Shown piece after piece: positions 49,646 to 63,727 of a stretch of 64,000 nt of DNA (position 1 is its first letter; every line of letters begins with the position of its first letter). Source of the stretch: Eledone cirrhosa (taxonomy: Eukaryota); assembly GCA_964016885.1 (NCBI GenBank), contig OZ024740.1, positions 390,228,001 to 390,292,000 on the forward strand, in the 5' to 3' direction. The notes beneath the pieces were generated by a model. It was not told the origin of the DNA. It worked only from the letters and a program-made list of their open reading frames with translations, and made no database searches. The translations under genes were made by a program, and so were the position numbers.

Positions 49646-51409
49646 TATAAAAGGGGTTTGGTTGGTGTTATGGACTCTACCAACCAAACATTCAAGAACA
49701 AAGAGTAAAGAGAGTAAAGAGCAAAAGCAGGGGACGATAAGTCTAATTTTGGTGCGGGAGGTTGGGGTGTGGGTGCTTGTTTACTAGCTGTGGTCACATT
49801 CATTCCCGGGAGTCGAGTGGTTAGTGGAGCCATAGATGGGGTGGCGTCGATAGTAGGGTGCAGAGGGTGTGCGGAGGCTACACACACACAAAGGGCATAC
49901 AATATATATATAACGGAGGAGAAAGTACATGAGGTAATTAGAAATGGAAAAAGAGTAATAATAATAATCTATAATTAATAATGTATAATAAGGCATGGGG
50001 AAGATTACACTATAATAAGGTATAATAGTAAGAATAAGGTAAAATATAAAGGAGGATAAAAGTGAAAATAAGAATAAAGATAAAAAAATATATATATATA
50101 AAAATATATAGAGAATATATAAAGAAATATAAGCAAGTATTAGAAAGGGAAAAACACAATGTAAAAAAACCGATTTTTTCAAATAAAAATATTATAAATA
50201 TGGGGGGAGAAAACGGGATAGAGAAATATAATCAAATGTGATTAGTTGAGAGAATATAAGATGATAATAGTTATGTCAAGTTTATACATCTTAATAATAA
50301 ACAATCTGTATATCAGAGTTACACATCCTTCAATTCACTTGCAGGTTCAACCCACGTGGCATAGTCCATTGTTCATCTGTGCGGTCATGTGCGTTTGTTT
50401 TTGACACCACAGCAGATGCACAAGTTCGTAAATTCCAATGCAGATAGAAATCTATTTTTGCTCACCCTGACATTGACGGAGGATCCAATATTCCTAGTTC
50501 AATATGTGTGTGGTGTTATTTTGGTCGCACAAATCAATCACTTGGTTCAATATTATGGAGTATGGTTTTCTGGTCTTCGTAACAGTGTCAGTGGTTGTAT
50601 ATCTCGAAATCACAAGAATCACAGTACTCCGGTTTGGTGTGATTATCGGTCATCCAACTATGTTGTCGGTGGTTGGATTCAATTCTATTGCCCCGAACGT
50701 AGAACTTTGGTGTCGATTGAACATTAACAAGGCAGAGTGAGATCGCATCTGTGGTACAAAACGGTACGCAAGGAAATTCTTCGTCTTCGTTTCATCCGGG
50801 TCCAGCAGTCACGTGCAAGAACCGCTACGTAGTAATTGTGAGGGTAATCGGTCAAGATAGTAACTGACCGAAAATTCTCTTAGGAATTCAGACAGGCATG
50901 ACAGGTGCATTTAGGTCAGCAGTTTCTTTATGTGTACGTGTGTCCGATACACACAGACACATATTTATATGTATTTCAACTCAAAAAATTTAATTGATTC
51001 GCTTATTGATATTATATCTCTGTTGCTCCGATGTGCATGTTGTGGTGTTCTGGTCGTGTTTAGCATTCACTGTATTTTGCCATTACCTTGGAATGTGATG
51101 TTATGGTCATCAATAGTCCGGCAAGCGCATTCCTCTCTTATATTGTGAAGAATGGTGTTCTGGTCCTCAGTAAACATTTGGGTCAGCAGGAGGGGTGGTG
51201 GTTCTCAGTTTCAACTGCGACAATACATATGTGTTACTCTACATATCGTGCTCCTCTCAAAGAAGAGTATTATAGGAGGAATTCATGCCAAACACCACAT
51301 ATAGAGAAAACTTCTACAGAAAAAATATACATACATACACACATATATACATATCATACACACACACATACACATATACACATACATATATATATAATTG
51401 ATCGGCAGC

Positions 51410-53953
51410 ATGCTAACTAAAGACTACCTACCTATATCACTCAAGAACATCCCAACCCCATCCAGTACTACTTATGAGAAATTACTGATAGCTAGTGTCA
51501 ACTCCTTCGTTAAGCGTATTAGATGGCGCACTTTCTTTCCACTTCGATAAGAGAAATAAGAAATCAACCACGGTGTCCCCCAATAATAAATTCGGTTTTA
51601 AAACCTATAGGAGCCCGCCCCATAACTCCATGCTAGATGGATTTGAGAATGACCTCCTATCACTAGTAAGGAATATTAAGTTTAAAAAAGCCCATGGGAA
51701 TAGCAACAAATTCCGGATTAAACTGGAAACCTTAGTTAAGGGCTTTAACAATAAAAGAGATATCCTGGTCACCTCGGATAAAACCAGAAATATTTATAGC
51801 TTAAATTATGATACGTATCGCAGGTTTATATACAATGAATTAAATAGAAACTATAAAAAGACAACAAGCGCAAACCTAGATGAAATTAATAAGGAAGCAT
51901 GCGCCATAGTGGATAAACTAGGCCTGGAAAAGTATACCCAACCATATACCCCTAGGCAACCTAGGTTCACCCTTAAAGACCATAAGGCTGACTTCATTAG
52001 TAAACCCTCTGTTAGATTAATTAGCCCATCGAAGTCAGATATAGGGATTATCAGTAAGAAAATTTTAGACGGCGTTATACCTACCATCAGGAGGAAAATA
52101 AATCTAGAGCTATGGGAGAATACGGAAGAGGTTTTGAAATGGTTCTCAAGCCTTAGCAACCATAAATCCCTTAAATTTATACAATTCGACATCGATGCGT
52201 ACTACACCCCAATCTCCCCCATAATCCTTAATAAGGCCCTAATCATGGCCATGCAGAAAAGTGACCTCACCAGGTCTCAAATTGATGTCATTCTTGCGGC
52301 CTGGAAAACGATAATCACATTTGAGGACGAATTGTGGACCCGCAAGAATACGCCCAATAACTTCGACATCACAATGGGATCTAGTGACTCTACACAAGTA
52401 ACGGACCTGGTAGGATTGTACCTCTTAAAGGAGTTACATGAGACATTACCGCACTTGAAGGGCGGCTTATATCGTGATGACGCCCTCCTCACTCTCGAGT
52501 ATAAAAAGTGCAATATAGAAAGAACTAGGAAACAGTTACGTAGGTTCTTTAAAAGCTTTAATCTAAGTATTACTATAGATGCAAATGACAAAACAGTAAA
52601 CTTCCTAGACGCCACCTTTGACCTAGAAACTAAAACATTTGCACCCTACCATAAACCTAATGATAGACTAACATATGTAAACGCCAGCTCCAACCACCCC
52701 AAATCAGTCCTAAACGCTATTCCCAGGGGGTCTCTAATAGAATTAGCAGACTGTCCTGTAATGAGAGTATCTTCAACTCCAATGCAGAGTATTATGACAA
52801 GGCCCTAGCAGAATCTGATTACGGGAATAGATTATCATATATACATAAGGACTCCCAAACCATGAGTGTGAAACCTACCAACATAATCACACATAGTATG
52901 GCCACAAAGCCTAACCAACTTAGGGGCAAGAATAATAGTAAGAACCCTAATGGCGGTAACCCAGCTAAATGTAAACCACGTAGAGACAATACTAGAGTCC
53001 CTCACCACAACTCTAAAACAGCAAATGATCACGCCATGAATATAAACTATCCGGGCTTAAGCAAAACAGACAACGCCACTAACGTTAATAACGGAACCCT
53101 ACAAAATAGTACGCACAGTAACGAGACTCACCCCACAGATAAGAAAAATAGAAGAAGGAAAAACATGTATTTTAACCCACCTTTTAACTCTGAGGTCCTC
53201 ACTAACCTCCCCAGAGTATTCTTCTCATTATTAGAAAAAAACTTCCCACCAGGCAATAGATATCGCAACATAATTAACAAAAACGTGATTAAATTATCCC
53301 ATTCGACCACACCTAACCTCGCATCACACCTAGCACGCACGAACATTAGGAAAACTAGGGAAGGTTTCGAAGCAATTAAAATGGCAGTTAACCACCAGCA
53401 ACAGACTACACTGGAAAATGGGCAACATAATAGCATCACTGAGCCATCTAATGATATAGAGGCACCTAGTGATAATGCTAGTAACCAAAGTTCGGGAGGT
53501 ACGCTAACTGATCGAACCCGCAGTTGCAATTGTAGGCGGAGTAGTAATTGTCCCCTAAGGGGGGATTGCCTCATGAAAAACATCGTATATGTATGTGACG
53601 TAACCACACACAACTCTACCAAAACATATATAGGATCAACGTCCAATACATTTAAAACTAGATTTAACGCGCATATGTACACATTTAGACACGATAGACA
53701 TAAGAATGCCACCTCACTGGCGGGATACATCTCCTTTTTAAAAAATAATAGTACCCCATACAAACTTTTTTGGAGGAAGCTTACTAGATCCACGCCATAC
53801 CGACGGCAGAGCGGGAGTTGTGACCTGTGTTTACTGGAATGCCATGCCATAATACACTCTAAACTGAACCTGCTTAACAGGAAATCGGAAATGTACTCCT
53901 CTTGCCAACACAAAATCCTGAGTTCCTTCTTCTATTTTAAACCTAGCACATAG
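51410..53953 (+). pseudogene. Full-length Naiad RT-GIY-YIG ORF (~847 aa) with two compensating 1-nt frameshifts
   Basis: ATG 51410 gives MLTKDYLPISLKNIPTPS...FVKRIRWRTFF. +1 shift at ~51535-51541. RT (SDKTRNIY, FTLKDHK, FIQFDI, GGLYRDDA, NFLDATF). -1 shift in the G5 run at 52726-52730. Then SNRISRLS..., YFNPPF, CNCRRSSNCPLRGDC, NIVY...TYIG, CDLC. Confidence 0.9.
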
Positions 53954-56061
53954 ACGTAACATATATGACGCAACCCCCACCTAGACATACCCCTCCTTGA
54001 CTATAGCTTCCCCCACCAACCCATAACCCAGATAGATAGGTAGCCTAAGGGTGGAACAGTCCCCTACAAGGTTGGTGTTTGTGTGTGTGTGTGTATGTGT
54101 GTGTGTGTGTGTGTGTCTGTGTGTGTGTGTATTCTCCTTTTCTCTCACACACACACACACACACAAACATATGTATATATGTGTGCGTACGTGTGTGCAT
54201 GCATGCATGCATGTGTGCGTGTATTGTATACATGTATATTGTATATATATATATGTATATTGTATACATGTGTATTATATTGTGTGTATGTGTATATGTG
54301 ATATGTATGTGTATATATATATGTATGTGTATATGTGTATGTGTGTGTGTATGATATGTATATATGTGTGTATGTATGTATATATTTTCTGTAGAAGTCT
54401 TCTCTATATGTGGTGTTTGGCATGAATTCCTCCTATAATACTCTTCTTTGAGAGGAGCACGATATGTAGAGTAACACATAGGTATTGTCGCAGTTGAAAC
54501 TGAGAACCACCACCCCTCCTGCTGACCCAAATGTTTACTGAGGACCAGAAAACCATTCTTCACAATATAAGAGAGGAATGCGCTTGCCGGACTATTGATG
54601 ACCATAACATCACATTTCAAGGTAATGGTAAAATACAGTGAATGCTAAACACGACCAGAACACCACAACATGCACATCGGAGCAACAGAGATATAATATC
54701 AATAAGCGAATCAATTGAATTTTTTGAGTTGAAATACATATAAATATGTGTCTGTGTGTATCGGACACACGTACACATAAAGAAACTGCTGACCTAAATG
54801 CACCTGTCATGCCTGTCTGAATTCCTAAGAGAATTTTCGGTCAGTTACTATCTTGACCGATTACCCTCACAATTACTACGTAGCGGTTCTTGCACGTGAC
54901 TGCTGGACCCGGATGAAACGAAGACGAAGAATTTCCTTGCGTACCGTTTTATACCACAGATGCGATCTCACTCTGCCTCGTTAATGTTCAATCGACCCCA
55001 AAGTTCTACGTTCGGGGCAATAGAATTGAATCCAACCACCGACAACATAGTTGGATGACCGATAATCACACCAAACCGGAGTACTGTGATCCTTGTGATT
55101 TCGAGATATACAACCACTGACACTGTTACGAAGACCAGAAAACCATACTCCATATATTGAACCAAGTGATTGATTTGTGCGACCAAAATAACACCACACA
55201 CATATTGAACTAGGAATATTGGATCCTCCGTCAATGTCAGGGTGAGCAAAAATAGATTTCTATCTGCATTGGAATTTACGAACTTGTGCATCTGCTGTGG
55301 TGTCAAAAACAAACGCACATGACCGCACAGATGAACAATGGACTATGCCACGTGGGCTGAACCTGCAAGTGAATTGAAGGATGTGTAACTCTGATATACA
55401 GATTATTTATTATTAAGATGTATAAACTTGACATAACTATTATCATCTTATATTCTCTCAACTAATCACATTTGATTATATTTCTCTATCCCGTTTTCTC
55501 CCCCCATATTTATAATATTTTTATTTGAAAAAATCGGTTTTTTTACATTGTGTTTTTCCCTTTCTAATACTTGCTTATATTTCTTTATATATTCTCTATA
55601 TATTTTTATATATATATATTTTTTTATCTTTATTCTTATTTTCACTTTTATCCTCCTTTATATTTTACCTTATTCTTACTATTATACCTTATTATAGTGT
55701 AATCTTCCCCATGCCTTATTATACATTATTAATTATAGATTATTATTATTACTCTTTTTCCATTTCTAATTACCTCATGTACTTTCTCCTCCGTTATATA
55801 TATATTGTATGCCCTTTGTGTGTGTGTAGCCTCCGCACACCCTCTGCACCCTACTATCGACGCCACCCCATCTATGGCTCAACTAACCACTCGACTCCCG
55901 GGAATGAATATGACCACAGCTAGTAAACAAGGACCCACACCCCACCCTCCCGCACCAAAATTAGACTTATCGTCCCCTGCTTTTGCTCTTTACTCTCTTT
56001 ACTCTTTGTTCTTGAATGTTTGGTTGGTAGAGTCCATAACACCAACCAAACCCCTTTTATA

Positions 56062-56106
56062 GCTCTGACGAATCCTACGGTTACGTAAGGAAGAAACATT
56101 GTAAGC
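56062..56106 (+). ncRNA. Hammerhead ribozyme, PLE 2 3' arm
   Basis: GCT-CTGACGA-ATCCTACGGTTACGTAAGGAA-GAAA-CATTG-TA-AGC: canonical core, GUA triplet, very short stem III. Confidence 0.78.
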
Positions 56107-56270
56107 CAATAAAAATCTTTTGATGTTGTAGACGCTCTTGTGTTCTTTATCATATATACGGCTCTGCTCCAAAGTATAGAGCTAATTATTATGCTGCCAA
56201 TACCTTAATGGGACACGGGTATACAATACCTAACTCCTATTAACCTAAGTATATATATATATACATATAT

Positions 56271-58293
56271 CCGCGGAGGTTACCCCCCTCTCTCATCCAC
56301 ACCGCTCTCACCCGCGCCCGTGCTGTCCACCGCTCCACCACCCTCACCCCACGCCACCGCACACCCACCCACCGTCTCCCCTTCGCCATCACCTACCATC
56401 CCTCCACCATACCCCTCCACCGCACCATCCTCCGCCTCTTCCGACGCCTCCAGTCCTACCCCTCCACCTCCCAATCTTCCCATCCCCACCACTCCCCTCC
56501 TTCAAACGCGCACGCAATCTCCGCACCCTCCTCGTCCACAGCTCTCTACCCTCCAAAACACGCTCTCCCCCCCCCCGGTTCCTTTCCCTGTTCCAGGCCC
56601 CGCTGCAACACCTCTCCCCACATCACCAACACCACCATCTTCCAGGGTCCCAACGGCCACTCTCTCTCTGTCCGGCATGCCTTCCGCTGCACCTCCTCCA
56701 ACCTAGTCTACGGACTTCGCTGCACGGAATGCAACGCGACTTACGTCGGACAGACTGGACGTCGCCTGGCGGACAGGTTTACTGAACACCTCCGGGATAT
56801 TCGTCTCGGTGGTAGTTCCCCCATCGCCCGCCACTTTGGTGTCCCTGGACATTCCGCACACCACCTCACAGTCTGTGGCCTACTCCAATGCCACGGAACA
56901 CCCGCCACTCTCCTCAGGGTCGAACAACGAACCATCTTCACCCTACAGACCCACACTCCCCTCGGCCTGAACTCCCCACCCTTATTCCTTTAGCCTTCGA
57001 CCCCCCACACACATACCCCCCACTAACACCATTAACACACCCCTCCTTTTCACCGCCCACCCCACAACTAACAATACTAACACCTCCTCCACCCCACATC
57101 CGACCACCCTTCCTCAACTAACATACTAACATCCCTCCCTTCTTCTCCTCCCCCCTCCTTATCACACGCACACACCCACCGGTACATATATACACACGCT
57201 CACACTAAACACACACCCTACTACCACCACTAACCCTCACCCCCACACATCCACCCCACCACCCCGCAACTAACATCACTAACACTCCCCGACCCCAAGC
57301 ACTCGAACACACACACACCCACTTACACCACCCACTCTACACGCAACTAACATCACTAACACCCCCCAACCCTACGCACACGAACACACACAGCCTCTTA
57401 CACCACCCACTCTACACACCCTACCACCACTGACCCCCACTCACACCCGCATTCAACCCTTTCTCCACCTCCAGTATACTAACACCCACTAACACACCCT
57501 TCACCACAACACACTCATCCAAACACGCACACACACACCAGTACACTACACTCCCTCCATCGTCCCCCACACCCTTCTCTCCCCGCTCCACCCACACCCT
57601 TTCTCAAACACACACACATCGCACTAACACCTCTACTAATACACCCCCCCTCCTCACTCCAACTTTCACACCTACCCATCCTCTCCCCTGTCCACCGCAC
57701 CTCCGCACACACTGACACACCGACTTTCTTCACTTACCATTCTACCCTACTGCTGCTATGCCCTTATCTCTGACCACCTCCCCGCACACACAGACACACA
57801 AACCTCCTCCTGCCTTGACCCTCTGACCACTTCCTGTTGCGCGCGCACCCCACATCTCCCCTCTTCCGACCAATCTCTTCACGGATTACACATATGTGAA
57901 CATCGATCCCGAGAATCCACCACATCCCAAGGATATTACTCAGCATTCCACCACACCGTCTACGGAATTACCTTAACGACTCACCCACGGACATACACCC
58001 CAAAACAATTTTTTTCCCCACATGCCACCTACATCCACAACACGCATAAACACCACACACACACGTGCGTACCACCACATATTTACACATTCAGCCTCCG
58101 GAATCCTCTCCCCCCACCCCTCTATCCACACACGCACACACACTCCGACCTACACCCCACCCACACACACTTTTCACCTGAAGAAGGGCTTATGCCCGAA
58201 ACGTCGTTCCCCACCACCACCCCACTCTCAAGAGCGTGAAACTAATAAACCTTTGTTCGTACTACCTCTTTGTTTTGTTCCCGTTCAATTTTT

Positions 58294-58298
<5 letters not shown>
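56271..58298 (+). mobile_element. C-rich Neptune-type PLE 3' fragment (thumb, GIY-YIG, 3' UTR)
   Basis: GYP...LPFAITYHP, then (frameshift) FKRARNLRTLLVHS...PCSRPRC...CTSSNLVYGLRCTECNATYVGQTGRRLADRFTEH...TPLGLN, stop 56991-56993. (TA)n flanks. The endonuclease frame is absent from the ORF track. Confidence 0.9.
58175..58210 (+). ncRNA. Minimal hammerhead-like motif in the Neptune pLTR
   Basis: CTGAAGA-AGGGCTTATGCCC-GAAA-CGTC: core and stem II are clear, stem I is only ~2 bp. Confidence 0.6.
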
Positions 58299-58352
<54 letters not shown>

Positions 58353-59716
58353 GTGTTGTGTCCACTCTGAATTATAAGGTTGTATATTCTTACGGATAAA
58401 TCTTTTATCTGATTGAGTGAGTAAGGAATCAGCGAGGCTGCACGGATTCTTTTAGGTTAGCTTCGTTAACCAGTTCGATATATATATTTTTTGCAAGTCA
58501 GTCTTTGTTGCTGTAATTGATTGGTTGAGAGCTTATGGTTAGAATGTTGAATTTCCCGTCACCACGTCTCCCCACAACGGTCATTTGCACGATCACTTTA
58601 GTTCTCATTGAGTGAGTAAGGTACAGCCGAGGCTGCGCGGGTTCTTTCCGATTAGGTTTGTGAACCAAAATTACAACCCTCCCCACATACACACAATTTG
58701 TTTCAATTCACAATATTTTCATCTGTCGAAAACGCGCGTTTCGCTGGGGAAATTGTTATTTCCGCAGTTCGTTAGTTCGACATCATTATTATGGATGTTG
58801 TTAGGATGAAAGTTCTACTAGAGATTTCTTATGCAAGGAAGAGAACTTGGGCGGAGATTCGATTGTCAGTTAGATAAGTGGAGAATAATTCTTACTTAGA
58901 CTTGTGCATAAATCAACTCGCCCCAATGAAAATTAAAGAAACACATTAAAATTAATAACATCAAGAATGGAAACAACGAAGATAGATTCAGTACATGCAA
59001 AACGAAAGTTGAATCAGAAATACACACACGAAAAGAAAAGAAAACGAGAGAGATTTAAGGGTAGATAATATTAAAGATATAAAATTCGTACCTGACAATA
59101 ATATAAAGGTAGAAATAGTTTAATTATTAAAATCAATAGATCAACCCTAAGATAAAAGTTAATGGTAAAATAGCTACAGCAATAAAAAAAAACGCAAACC
59201 AGGTCATTGTTGACATAATGGAAGCAGGAACTATAAATCAAATAATCTATGCAGCAGCCAGATGGAGCAAGGTCTGCTCATATAGGTATACCAAATATTC
59301 TAATAAACAATGCGGAAAACAACCATACAGAGACTAATAGAGAATAAAAGCAACGATTTCTCACTCTCTAACGAAATTACCAACACAAAGACACAAATGA
59401 AAACAAAGGAAGGGGAAACAAATACTACAGAAACTGTGCTGATGTCCTTCTGATGATCTGTACTTGTTTTTGGATGGTAGATTTAATTCCTCACCAGGTT
59501 AAACATCAAGATGTTGTAATTAGGGTCTTGTACCGTTCGGACCAGATCTCTTTCCCCACAAATCACGGATGTCACTTAAAATCGTCGCCATTGCTGCCCT
59601 TTCTCCATTGACAGAGTCATAGAAATAGTTAAAGAAAGCGAGATATGAGAATTAAAATCAAACACAAACTAACAAATTCCTACGAATAGAAAGAATAATA
59701 TAAAGCACATTAATGT

Positions 59717-61101
59717 GCTAGCTATTCCACTAATAAGCTATAGTTGTAATATAGCTAGCTATTCCACAAATAAGCTATAGTTGTAATATAGCTAGCTATT
59801 CCACAAATAAGCTATAGTTGTAATATAGCTAGCTATTCCACAAATAAGCTATAGTTGTAATATAGCTAGCTATTCCACAAATAAGCTATAGTTGTAATAT
59901 AGCTAGCTATTCCACAAATAAGCTATAGTTGTAATATAGCTAGCTATTCCACTAATAAGCTATAGTTGTAATATAGCTAGCTATTCCACTAATAAGCTAT
60001 AGTTGTAATATAGCTAGCTATTCCACTAATAAGCTATAGTTGTAATATAGCTAGCTATTCCACAAATAAGCTATAGTTGTAATATAGCTAGCTATTCCAC
60101 AAATAAGCTATAGTTGTAATATAGCTAGCTATTCCACTAATAAGCTATAGTTGTAATATAGCTAGCTATTCCACTAATAAGCTATAGTTGTAATATAGCT
60201 AGCTATTCCACTAATAAGCTATAGTTGTAATATAGCTAGCTATTCCACTAATAAGCTATAGTTGTAATATAGCTAGCTATTCCACTAATAAGCTATAGTT
60301 GTAATATAGCTAGCTATTCCACAAATAAGCTATAGTTGTAATATAGCTAGCTATTCCACTAATAAGCTATAGTTGTAATATAGCTAGCTATTCCACTAAT
60401 AAGCTATAGTTGTAATATAGCTAGCTATTCCACAAATAAGCTATAGTTGTAATATAGCTAGCTATTCCACTAATAAGCTATAGTTGTAATATAGCTAGCT
60501 ATTCCACTAATAAGCTATAGTTGTAATATAGCTAGCTATTCCACAAATAAGCTATAGTTGTAATATAGCTAGCTATTCCACTAATAAGCTATAGTTGTAA
60601 TATAGCTAGCTATTCCACTAATAAGCTATAGTTGTAATATAGCTAGCTATTCCACTAATAAGCTATAGTTGTAATATAGCTAGCTATTCCACTAATAAGC
60701 TATAGTTGTAATATAGCTAGCTATTCCACAAATAAGCTATAGTTGTAATATAGCTAGCTATTCCACTAATAAGCTATAGTTGTAATATAGCTAGCTATTC
60801 CACAAATAAGCTATAGTTGTAATATAGCTAGCTATTCCACTAATAAGCTATAGTTGTAATATAGCTAGCTATTCCACTAATAAGCTATAGTTGTAATATA
60901 GCTAGCTATTCCACTAATAAGCTATAGTTGTAATATAGCTAGCTATTCCACTAATAAGCTATAGTTGTAATATAGCTAGCTATTCCACAAATAAGCTATA
61001 GTTGTAATATAGCTAGCTATTCCACTAATAAGCTATAGTTGTAATATAGCTAGCTATTCCACTAATAAGCTATAGTTGTAATATAGCTAGCTATTCCACT
61101 A
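59717..61101. repeat. 37-bp tandem satellite, ~37 copies
   Basis: Unit GCTAGCTATTCCAC(T/A)AATAAGCTATAGTTGTAATATA, invariant except for one T/A site. No spacers. Confidence 0.97.
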
Positions 61102-61399
61102 ATAAGCTATAGTTGTAATATTTCGAATTAGAAGCTAAGCCAAAAAAAAAAAACAACAAAAAACAACAGCAACAACATAAGATAAATGAAGACGACATTT
61201 AAAAGGAAACACCTACAATTCGACGTAGAAATGTTATATTTACCAATTAGAAAATTATTATAAAATATCTATAAAAAATATCCAATAATGAATAAAGGGA
61301 AACTAGTGCAAATAATTAGAAGGAGCTAACAAATATAAAGCAAAAACTCATGTAACAGACAGTTGTGAGGCATATAGAGAAAACACACCAGAATGTTAA

Positions 61400-62100
61400 A
61401 AACAAAGCCAAACAAGATAAAAGCCAAACAGAAAACGTATTATAAAATTTCCTACTAAGAGCTTTGCCAGAAAAGCCCCTATAAATCCTATATTTGACAA
61501 GTGGAAATGGACAAAGGAAACAAACAAAACAAAAAATTCAAATCTAGTTGAGAAATGCAAAACTTGAAGTGGAAACTGGTTGTGGAAAAAGACCAAGGCA
61601 TTCCTACTAGAAAAACATATAAAAACTAACTACAGAGTATATGGAGTTTGTGAAGAAATAACTTATCACATTGTTTCTAAATATTCAGTCTTAACTAAAA
61701 CATTACATTACATGCCTTAGTTATACCTTTCATATACTGGAAATTATGCCAGTATTGCAAAAAACCTACATGAAAGATGTATACACATACACCAAGAAAG
61801 GCGTTAGAAAATAGCAAATTGACTAAACTCTGGGGCATGTCAGTGCATAAAGACAAAGAAATTATGGAAAATTGACCAGATATTATTGTCAAAGACTACC
61901 AGGAAAAGAAATGTCTCATAATTTAAGCATCAATTCCAACAGACTTCAATCTATCGCTAAAAGAAATGGAGTAACTATCGAACGCTAAAAGAAATGGAGA
62001 AACTATTCGCATTATAATAACCAGAATGTAGCGATTGAAATCAGAAACAATCTCTATAATGATATATAACTTGGGATTGATTAAAACTGCTGGTCTTACA
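61400..62100 (+). pseudogene. Decayed R4/Dong-like LINE restriction-like endonuclease C-terminus
   Basis: ENSKLTKLW..SVHKDKEIMEN*PDIIVKDYQEKKCLII*ASIPTD. A similar KSETVPVAIGTSG fragment lies at ~44020. Confidence 0.65.
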
Positions 62101-62295
62101 CATATACATAACACTGCACACACACATTACGTAGATACTTTACTTTCATTACAATAGAAAAACGAAGCAAAACACTGCATGCACCAAGCTAAACATAGCT
62201 GTATATGTTTGTGCAATACAAATTAGAGTAGTGGTAATGGTAGCGTTGGCGGAATTTGTGGTTGTGTGATTAGAAGTTTTAAGGTCTCAATTTTC

Positions 62296-62420
62296 ATAGC
62301 TGAATGGTTAAGAACTTGACTTTACATGAGGACCTGGGTTCGAACCTGCAGCTTGTCACCTTGGACAAATGTCGACCCAAGCATAGAGAGTGAAATTAGA
62401 TAGACAGAAACTGTGGAAGC
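62296..62420 (+). mobile_element. tRNA-derived SINE head
   Basis: A box TAGCTGAATGG and B box GGTTCGAACC; no tRNA acceptor stem. Confidence 0.6.
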
Positions 62421-62942
62421 CCATCGGATAGTTTGTACATGTAACTCAAAGCAGAATCGGCCCTAGGGCTACCTCCCTACCACCATAGGCACAGCTCGCC
62501 AGCCGCAGGTGTGAGCCCTGCGAGTTGGAGTGGCTTTCCAGCGCGTCTCCCTTGCCGTCCTCCGGTGAAACGCCTTCTCCATTCTGTCCGCCGGGGCTGT
62601 GGGGAGGCTACCAATATGATTGACTGACTTGTCATTTTATCAGTCAGATGTTTTTAGACATCACCCAGTTAAATATGATTCATTCTGTGCTGTAGATATT
62701 TAATCATACTGTAATGAGAAAAAACTTTCCTACCTTCACTCTAGTCACTAGGTGAGGACTACTACCTTGCTGCTACTACTAACGAACGATCTCTTGTCTA
62801 GTCACATATTGTATCACGCTGATTTGAAATTGTATTGCTACACGTGTCTGTGGAATACATAACCTAGTAAAGTTTAATTCACGTGTAAGGCGTTCAGTCG
62901 ATCGAACTACTGAATGCATAGCGTCGAAACCGACGGTGGATC

Positions 62943-63210
<268 letters not shown>

Positions 63211-63674
63211 GATAAAATTGTGTAATAAAAAGTTACAAATTCAAGGGCGGAAATAAAACAATCGCAATAAAGCAAAAGGTGGTCACGGCTGGATTTATTA
63301 GGGAGTTGTAACGTAAACAATATAACGGACACTTTTAATGCTACTAACGCAGCTAACTCCTGAGGCAATACATCATGTTCTCATAGCGTGTCCTTTATTG
63401 GCTTCGGCCGCTCACAAAAAGCATTTATGTGGTCGTTCAACCAGCTAAAAATGGCAGTCAAACCACCTTAAATCACATCCTAATATCCTAAATAAAAATT
63501 ACCCATGCACAACGCGCCCTCAAGCCTCCCCAATGAAATGCCATTGATGTCTGAAAAGAGGTTTGGCCGTATTAGTGAATTATATCGAAAAGCCTAAGAC
63601 TGGGAGTTACCATATATTTAAAGGAAAACGAAGAGGAGCGATGATAATGCACAATAGTATGTCGGTAGTCACCT

Positions 63675-63727
<53 letters not shown>

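Noticed and set aside
59717-61101. CRISPR-like 37-bp palindromic repeats
   Set aside because: Units are directly adjacent with no spacers, there are no cas genes, and the context is eukaryotic.
62296-62370. tRNA gene
   Set aside because: Only A/B boxes are present with no acceptor stem; consistent with a SINE head.
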